Translations under genes and position numbers: made by a program
Origin: Chitinophaga pinensis
GTDB taxonomy: Bacteria > Bacteroidota > Bacteroidia > UBA7662
DNA length: 32,000 nucleotides
Direction of reading: 5' to 3'
Assembly (NCBI GenBank): GCA_943369355.1
Contig: CALRMX020000004.1
Coordinates: 347,654-379,653 of the forward strand
Notes under the pieces: model-generated
Database searches by the model: none
What the model was told of the DNA's origin: nothing
What the model saw: only the letters and a program-made list of their open reading frames with translations
In this document: piece after piece, positions 26,111 through 32,000 of the stretch
How positions within the stretch are numbered: position 1 is the first letter of the stretch
Layout of the letters: the number at the start of each line of letters is the position of its first letter

Positions 26111-28090
26111 TTACTTATCCCTTAAAGTCTCCCAAACCACATTCACCCGGCGGTTACGCGATGCAGGAACGCCGAACATCGTTACAGAAGGGCCAGTTCC
26201 CTTTGTTTTCACTTTCCGCTTTTTCCGTTCAAACAAAGGAAAATATTCATCACTAACAATCAGCTGTCCGTTGTCAATATATTTTTTGAGCGCTCCTTGA
26301 TTCCAGTTTACGATGTAGTTTTTTAATACTGCGCCGCGTTTAAGTGCCAATTCCTTATTGAACTTTTCATATACACTCTGCGATGTATAAACACCCATAT
26401 ACACCTTGATCTTTCGTCCGGCTCGGAGAGTAGAATCCAATCGAAACGGGAAAAGCTCCAATTCACGCATTCCACGTTCAATATCAACAAACAAAGCGTC
26501 TAGCTCGGGCTGGCTGCTCGAAGATTTAGCGTAGTATACATGTTTCCCCTTTAAATACCCTTTATAGTAATTAGAATAATCTCTTAAACTATCACGCAAA
26601 TTCATTTCTTTACCCGGCTCACCATTCTGAAAAAACACCGTTAAAAATCCCGAAGTACTTAATACAGGCTTTATTTCTGTCAACTTAAATTTAGCAGTCA
26701 TGATGCCATTAACGGTATCAAAACTAGCCTCCTCATGAATGTCGTAATATCCATTACATCTTATTGACACATTCCACGAGGGATATGGCTTTAGAAAACT
26801 GCCTAAATCCACAATACCACCTATTATATCTACCACAGTTGAATCCCCAGAAATTGAGTTTCTCGCAACTAGATGTATGGTATCCTGCTTGGTTGTAGAA
26901 GTACCTGAGTGTCTATCAACTTCTAATCGAAATGCCATGGGGATTTCTTTGGGTTTTCGAATGAAAGTGTATAAATCGTCATTGAATTTTTCTCCACTTC
27001 TATTTGTGGTATAATAGCCTTTGACAGAATCTGACCATGTAATCCCGAAATCATCATAAACAGAGTTGATTGGCTCAGGTAATAATCTTCTTTCACCGTC
27101 CTTAAATTCTACGATATCTAAACCACCATAATTATCTGCGTCATTGGTTACGTAATAGAGCGTGTTATTTGGTCCTATACTTGGGAAAACTTCATCGTAA
27201 GCAGAATTGATATCACTATTCAGCAACTCAAGGTTTCCCCATCCAGGTTTCAGCCATTTTACACGATATAGGTCAAAACCCCCTAAACCATTGGGCATGT
27301 TGGACGAAAAGTATAAATAATCACCTGATGAATCGAAACACGGATGTTGGGTTGAATATTTTGTCGAGTTAAATATAAATTCTTGCGGTTCTGACCAAAT
27401 CTGATTTACTCTTTGATAAACTTCCAAATAAAGAAGTTGTTCTCCCTTTGCATTCAGCGAACTCCTATTTTTTGTTGTTACCAGTATGCTACTGTCCTTC
27501 GAGATAACCAAAGGCCCCTCGTGTAAGTCAGAACCAAATCCCCTTGGAAACCCAGCTATTGGATAAAATTTACCCAATGTATCTGCGAGATAAAATTTCA
27601 AATATGGAAGACCTGTAAACTCATAAATGGGCACTTTCTTTTTCTTCGATTCAAAACGACTCGATGAAAACAAGATTTTTCCGTCTTTATAAAAAGGCAT
27701 TAAATCTTCTTGAGCTGTATTAAAAGACACCGGATAAACCTGGTATTCCCACTCATTTATTAAAATATATTTATTGTTTATATTTAGAAGTGGCGATTTA
27801 CTTGTTTGTTGAGCACCTGCATTTGAATACCTTTTCTTTTGCACTAGGTTTAAATCGCGTTGGGTTTTATATGCCAGGTCATAATATAAAAAAGCACTAT
27901 CCATTTTATCCATTGAGTAAAATAAATCAGCATAATCCAGAATACTTGATGAATCTCCATTTTGAAGTTGAATTCTGTAAGCAGACAAATCCTTGATCCT
28001 CCTTTTCGGATATTTTAAGTCAGAAGAAGGTTGCGCGTCAACGGATAAAAATAGCGTCAACAGCTGCAGCAATAAACCAATTCTTTTCAT
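26111..28090 (-). CDS. PorE-like T9SS-associated protein (WD40/PD40-like propeller with OmpA-like C-terminus)
   Basis: HPCFDSSGDYLYFSSNMPNGLGGFDLYRV, PSIGPNNTLYYVTNDADNYGGLDIV, GYYTTNRSGEKFNDDLYTF; C-terminus SVYEKFNKELALKRGAVLKNYIV...ASRNRRVNVVWE. Confidence 0.75.
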   Translation of the reverse strand: MKRIGLLLQLLTLFLSVDAQPSSDLKYPKRRIKDLSAYRIQLQNGDSSSILDYADLFYSMDKMDSAFLYYDLAYKTQRDLNLVQKKRYSNAGAQQTSKSPLLNINNKYILINEWEYQVYPVSFNTAQEDLMPFYKDGKILFSSSRFESKKKKVPIYEFTGLPYLKFYLADTLGKFYPIAGFPRGFGSDLHEGPLVISKDSSILVTTKNRSSLNAKGEQLLYLEVYQRVNQIWSEPQEFIFNSTKYSTQHPCFDSSGDYLYFSSNMPNGLGGFDLYRVKWLKPGWGNLELLNSDINSAYDEVFPSIGPNNTLYYVTNDADNYGGLDIVEFKDGERRLLPEPINSVYDDFGITWSDSVKGYYTTNRSGEKFNDDLYTFIRKPKEIPMAFRLEVDRHSGTSTTKQDTIHLVARNSISGDSTVVDIIGGIVDLGSFLKPYPSWNVSIRCNGYYDIHEEASFDTVNGIMTAKFKLTEIKPVLSTSGFLTVFFQNGEPGKEMNLRDSLRDYSNYYKGYLKGKHVYYAKSSSSQPELDALFVDIERGMRELELFPFRLDSTLRAGRKIKVYMGVYTSQSVYEKFNKELALKRGAVLKNYIVNWNQGALKKYIDNGQLIVSDEYFPLFERKKRKVKTKGTGPSVTMFGVPASRNRRVNVVWETLRDK

Positions 28091-28097
28091 CTCAGGC

Positions 28098-29018
28098 TTA
28101 CATAAAATATCTAGGCGACCGGATGAACGGCCGGAACTTAGATTCCCAATAAAACCTCAATGCGAATTCATGGGTGTGAAGTGACCCTTGTTGGATAGCG
28201 TTAATTGGAAATTCGAATTGATATCCCAAATACCACTTTTCTGAAATTCTATAACCTGTGAGTAGACCAATAGAATTAGATAATCGGAACATCGGCCCAA
28301 AATCATACTTATTTTGATATTTGAATATCGCATGCAAATCCAGTTGAGCCGGATTGCCAATTCCTTTTCTCAACATACAGCTACTCATTAATTCCCAACC
28401 GTCAGCTAATGGAAAAGTAATTCCACCGTAAGCAAACATACTCGTTGGCAATACGGAATAAATTGGCATACCAATATCCACTGTTCTGGTAATAGCTTGT
28501 GGTACCGCCACACCAATAAAAGCCTCTTTTGAGTAAAGCAAGGCTCCAAACCCCAAATTTCCTGCAAAACCAGAAATTAAATTTCCATTCAAATTGGGAT
28601 CGCCATATTCAATATTTCTGAGGTCATCAAAATTTGTTGAAGTATTCGTGCCTTTTACTCTTATTCCCGTAGATAGCGCCCAACCATTCTCAATACGTAA
28701 GGTATAGGATACGTCCATCTGAATTTTCGTTTCAGTAATTGGTCCAACCTTATCCTGATAAATTCCTACAGCGCCACCTAATAAACGGGCTAATTTAAAA
28801 TTCGCAAAAAACGAAGTGGTTACAGGTGCTCCTTCAAATCCAACCCATTGGTTTCGGTGCAAGAAACCTGCTTGATTATCTTCAAAAACTCCTGCTTGCG
28901 CGGGATTTATTATAGTGCTATTAAAGACGTACTGACCAAAAAATGGATCATATTGACCCTCAACGACCATAGTAAATACTGTCCAATTCAAAAAAATTAA
29001 TAACAAATGTCTTTTCAT
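28098..29018 (-). CDS. PorP/SprF family type IX secretion membrane protein
   Basis: GQYDPFFGQYVFNSTIINPAQAGVFEDNQAGFLHRNQWVGFEGAPVTTSFFANFKLARLLGGAVGIYQDKVGPITET, typical PorP/SprF start. Confidence 0.92.
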   Translation of the reverse strand: MKRHLLLIFLNWTVFTMVVEGQYDPFFGQYVFNSTIINPAQAGVFEDNQAGFLHRNQWVGFEGAPVTTSFFANFKLARLLGGAVGIYQDKVGPITETKIQMDVSYTLRIENGWALSTGIRVKGTNTSTNFDDLRNIEYGDPNLNGNLISGFAGNLGFGALLYSKEAFIGVAVPQAITRTVDIGMPIYSVLPTSMFAYGGITFPLADGWELMSSCMLRKGIGNPAQLDLHAIFKYQNKYDFGPMFRLSNSIGLLTGYRISEKWYLGYQFEFPINAIQQGSLHTHEFALRFYWESKFRPFIRSPRYFM

Positions 29019-29033
29019 AATTAAGATTCTTTA

Positions 29034-32000
29034 CTATCTCGATAAATACACGTAACCCGTAAGTGGCCGTAAGCCATCACCCAAATCAACTACGTAGAAA
29101 TATGTTCCATTTATTAATGGTCCATTAAAATTGGTATTAGAAATTCCTTCAAATCGGTTTTCATAAGGCTGTTGTTCAAAAACCAAACTACCAGCTCTGT
29201 TGAATAGGCTAACTTTTGTGTTAGGATACTTTTCTATTCCTCGAATGAAGAAGAAATCATTTATGTTGTCCCCGTTCGGGCTAATACCTTGGGGAATTAG
29301 CACTTCGCATTCGCGCAAATCAACTACCAAGGTATCAATTCGATTACAATAGCCCTCTTGCTCTATTCTCACCGTAATGAAACCGAAACCATCAGGGCCT
29401 AAATCCGGCACTATGAGCATACGACCAGTACCTATAACTTCCAAAGAATCATACCAGGTTACCTGTACAGAATCAGATGCCATTATTTCGATCCGGCTTC
29501 CTTCACATACATCTCGCAAATTAGGAAGGGAGTACTTAACAGCACTCTTTCGTTCTATTTTCGTAATAATTAATGAATCACATCCACCAGCTGCTATTAA
29601 AGTGTCCACATAAGTACCAGGCAAAGTCACCGAGTTTCCATTCGGAAGAATATGGCTTTCTCCTTCACATAGTTGAATCACCAAGGCAATTTCCTTGCGG
29701 CTAGTAACTTCCAAATTGAGTATCACCACAGAATCACAGCCAAACCTATTTATTAAGTCGACATAATAAGTGCCTGATAGACTAAAAGTGCTATCACCCA
29801 CTGAAAACTGTTCACCAAAACATATCACACGATTAAGATGAACCGTGTCAGGTGTATTTACAGTTAATTGCAGAACAACTAGAGAATCGCAGCCAAATTG
29901 GTTATCCAATAAAACACTAAATAGTCCCGAATTGTCAAAACTCTGATTTCCAACCCAAACACTATCACCAAGACAAATTGTTTGAATAAGCCTAGTTGTG
30001 TCTTGCCGAATTTGGTTTATTACTAAGGTCACAACCGAATCACAACCATATATATTTTTCAGGTTGATTGAATACACACCCGGCATGGTAAAACTCTGAT
30101 TTGCAACAACCAAGGTGTCACCCAGACAAATGCCCCTAGACAAGAGAATAGAATCAGTCGGTTGAACAGTTAGATTCAACGTTACAATTGAATCACACCC
30201 CACTACCGATAATAGGCGTACTACATACGTTCCGGAAGAATCGAAAAAATGATGACCAACCTGATATTTCTCACCAGAACAAATGCTTGTTTGTAATTGC
30301 GTTAATATTTGAGGACGAACATCTAAACTCAGCACGACGAATGAATCACAATCGTTAATATTTTTCAATGTTACAGGGTAAACTCCTGCTTGACTAAAGC
30401 CAGTTTGTCCAACAAAAAGAGAATCTCCTTGACATATCTGTGCAAAAACTGAATCTCGATGTACTTGCTTTTGCACAAGCTCTAACACCACGATAGAGTC
30501 ACAGCCTGTTGAATTGGAATAATTAAGTGTGTACGTGCCAGGTGCTCTAAAAACTTGATTGGCCAAATTCAAACTATCTCCGAAACAAATTGATTCATGA
30601 ATAAATAGCGTATCGGGCCCCAATTCCTCTAAAATCAAAAAAATCAAGGAATCACACGCGTTACTTCCCTGTATGCTTATGGGATAAACTCCAGGTTGAG
30701 AATAAAAATTACCAGCAAATTCAATTCTACTTCCTCTACAAACACGCGCAAGTCTACTAATAGTATTGGATTGCGTTGTTTCTACTAGACCATCCAGTTT
30801 AACAAACGTTACAGCCGCTCCTGTAGAGTCGCGTAGGGTGCTCGAATTGTTCCACGATAATATCCCAGAATTGCTCACTATGAACCTTAAGGTCAATAGA
30901 TTACCATCAGTTAAATTGAATGTAGATGTTGAATTCCACCTTATTTCCAAACCATTCGAAGGCATTACCCTTGCAACTTGGGCAAGACCGTGGTTGTTTG
31001 CCAACGAGAAGTCCAAATAAGTAAACGACAGCGAATCATAGTTCAGCAAAAGCTCTAAAGAAGATACATTATTAGCCCCCGTTACTACTACAGGAATTTC
31101 TATTGTATCGCCAATGCAAGGCAATGTAATCCCATACGCCGAGGCAATACTCCTTGCCGAAATCGTTGTGATAGCACTCGGCGCTATTTGGATGCGCATG
31201 GCTGAAGAAGTATCACTCTGCGCACATTCCGCAAATGCTATTGCACGATAAATTGAGCCGTTGAGGGTGATGGGTAGGTTTCGAAGTTGTAGAACATTGT
31301 GATTTGCTCCATGATGTATGCCATCATTTCGCACATTTTGCCAAACCAAACCTGTCCATTGTTGCCATTGAATCTGACGTAGACTACTACCTTGTATAGT
31401 CAAGTTCAACGTACCACCTTGTATAGCAAAATTGACAGCAGGCGATTGAGTTGAAATAACAGGGACAGATGGCGAAGCGGCAGCAATGGTCACCGTGTCT
31501 GAAAAGCGAAAACATCCACTTTGAGAATTAATCCTTAGCTGATAAATTCCGGGTAAGGCAGCATATAACGTTTCTTGTGTTTGGCCATTCATTAATTGGC
31601 CATTTACAAACCATTGATATGCGTTTCCAGCATGATTTGCAATAGAACTTCTCAGCAATACAGAATCGCCCGTACACAATGCAGTATTGCCATTAACGAC
31701 TAATGCGAAAGATGTAGCATCGAAGAATTCAAAGTATGCCGAATCACTTAATGTTAAACAACCTGTTGAATTCGTGTAACCCAATTGATAATATCCTGAT
31801 AATCTAGCCACATAATTCCTGGTATTCGCTCCTTGAATTGCAAGTCCATTTCGGAACCATTGAAAACCACCTGAACCAGATGTGTTTGTAGACAATACGA
31901 CTGAATCAATTCTGCAAATAATACCTGTAGGAGCAGATGATTGAATTATAGGCCTCACTCGTGGAACAACAGTCAGAACCATGTTAATGGTCGAATCACA
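29034..32000 (-). CDS. Giant repeat adhesin-like protein with gliding-motility-associated C-terminal domain (5' end outside window)
   Basis: ORF continues in frame past its first Met at 31982 (codons TGT GAT TCG ACC ATT AAC = CDSTIN) to the window edge. ~43-aa ICxGDS...GCDSxVxLxL repeats; C-terminus LIPQGISPNGDNINDFFFIRGIEKYPNTKVSLFNRAGSLVFEQQPYENRFEG...GTYFYVVDLGDG. Confidence 0.9.
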   Translation of the reverse strand, partial: CDSTINMVLTVVPRVRPIIQSSAPTGIICRIDSVVLSTNTSGSGGFQWFRNGLAIQGANTRNYVARLSGYYQLGYTNSTGCLTLSDSAYFEFFDATSFALVVNGNTALCTGDSVLLRSSIANHAGNAYQWFVNGQLMNGQTQETLYAALPGIYQLRINSQSGCFRFSDTVTIAAASPSVPVISTQSPAVNFAIQGGTLNLTIQGSSLRQIQWQQWTGLVWQNVRNDGIHHGANHNVLQLRNLPITLNGSIYRAIAFAECAQSDTSSAMRIQIAPSAITTISARSIASAYGITLPCIGDTIEIPVVVTGANNVSSLELLLNYDSLSFTYLDFSLANNHGLAQVARVMPSNGLEIRWNSTSTFNLTDGNLLTLRFIVSNSGILSWNNSSTLRDSTGAAVTFVKLDGLVETTQSNTISRLARVCRGSRIEFAGNFYSQPGVYPISIQGSNACDSLIFLILEELGPDTLFIHESICFGDSLNLANQVFRAPGTYTLNYSNSTGCDSIVVLELVQKQVHRDSVFAQICQGDSLFVGQTGFSQAGVYPVTLKNINDCDSFVVLSLDVRPQILTQLQTSICSGEKYQVGHHFFDSSGTYVVRLLSVVGCDSIVTLNLTVQPTDSILLSRGICLGDTLVVANQSFTMPGVYSINLKNIYGCDSVVTLVINQIRQDTTRLIQTICLGDSVWVGNQSFDNSGLFSVLLDNQFGCDSLVVLQLTVNTPDTVHLNRVICFGEQFSVGDSTFSLSGTYYVDLINRFGCDSVVILNLEVTSRKEIALVIQLCEGESHILPNGNSVTLPGTYVDTLIAAGGCDSLIITKIERKSAVKYSLPNLRDVCEGSRIEIMASDSVQVTWYDSLEVIGTGRMLIVPDLGPDGFGFITVRIEQEGYCNRIDTLVVDLRECEVLIPQGISPNGDNINDFFFIRGIEKYPNTKVSLFNRAGSLVFEQQPYENRFEGISNTNFNGPLINGTYFYVVDLGDGLRPLTGYVYLSR
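29545..30746 (-). repeat. Eight consecutive ~43-aa CxG...(G)CDS repeats within the adhesin (approximate bounds)
   Basis: VCRGSRIEF..ACDSLIFL; ICFGDSLNL..GCDSIVVL; ICQGDSLFV..DCDSFVVL; ICSGEKYQV..GCDSIVTL; ICLGDTLVV..GCDSVVTL; ICLGDSVWV..GCDSLVVL; ICFGEQFSV..GCDSVVIL; LCEGESHIL..GCDSLIIT. Confidence 0.9.

Overview
The window is chromosomal DNA from a Bacteroidota bacterium, probably Saprospiria-like (gliding/T9SS C-terminal domains, PorP/SprF, ECF sigma factor, TAnnTTTG-type promoters). I read it as follows. (1) A partial TonB-dependent-receptor-like 5' end on the - strand (<1..198, absent from the ORF track), a carboxymuconolactone-decarboxylase-family protein, and a ~36-aa repeat protein. 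(2) A LytS-type kinase, a degenerate LytS paralogue and a LytTR response regulator, then a pentapeptide-repeat protein, a TonB-C-like protein and a TPR protein. (3) A GSCFA protein, plus an ECF sigma factor with a TM + beta-barrel partner. (4) PepSY-like and outer-membrane proteins. (5) A tRNA-Ser(CGA) locus whose promoter and 5' end are duplicated around a GIY-YIG ORF, and whose 3' end is also duplicated. The tRNA acceptor stem appears mismatched. (6) A compact five-gene + strand operon (13898..18735): a FliF-FliG-like fusion, a predicted outer-membrane barrel with a CsgG/FlgO-like front, a TPR lipoprotein, MotA/PomA and MotB/PomB. No filament, export or FliM/FliN genes are present in the window. 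This is the best candidate for an undescribed system, a minimal envelope-spanning rotary motor. (7) A DUF418-like membrane protein, a Crp/Fnr regulator, a persulfide dioxygenase-rhodanese and TauE/SafE. (8) An IgGFc-like surface protein and a PorE-like/PorP/giant-adhesin cluster of the type IX secretion/gliding type. All family calls are by-eye motif recognition; no database search was run.
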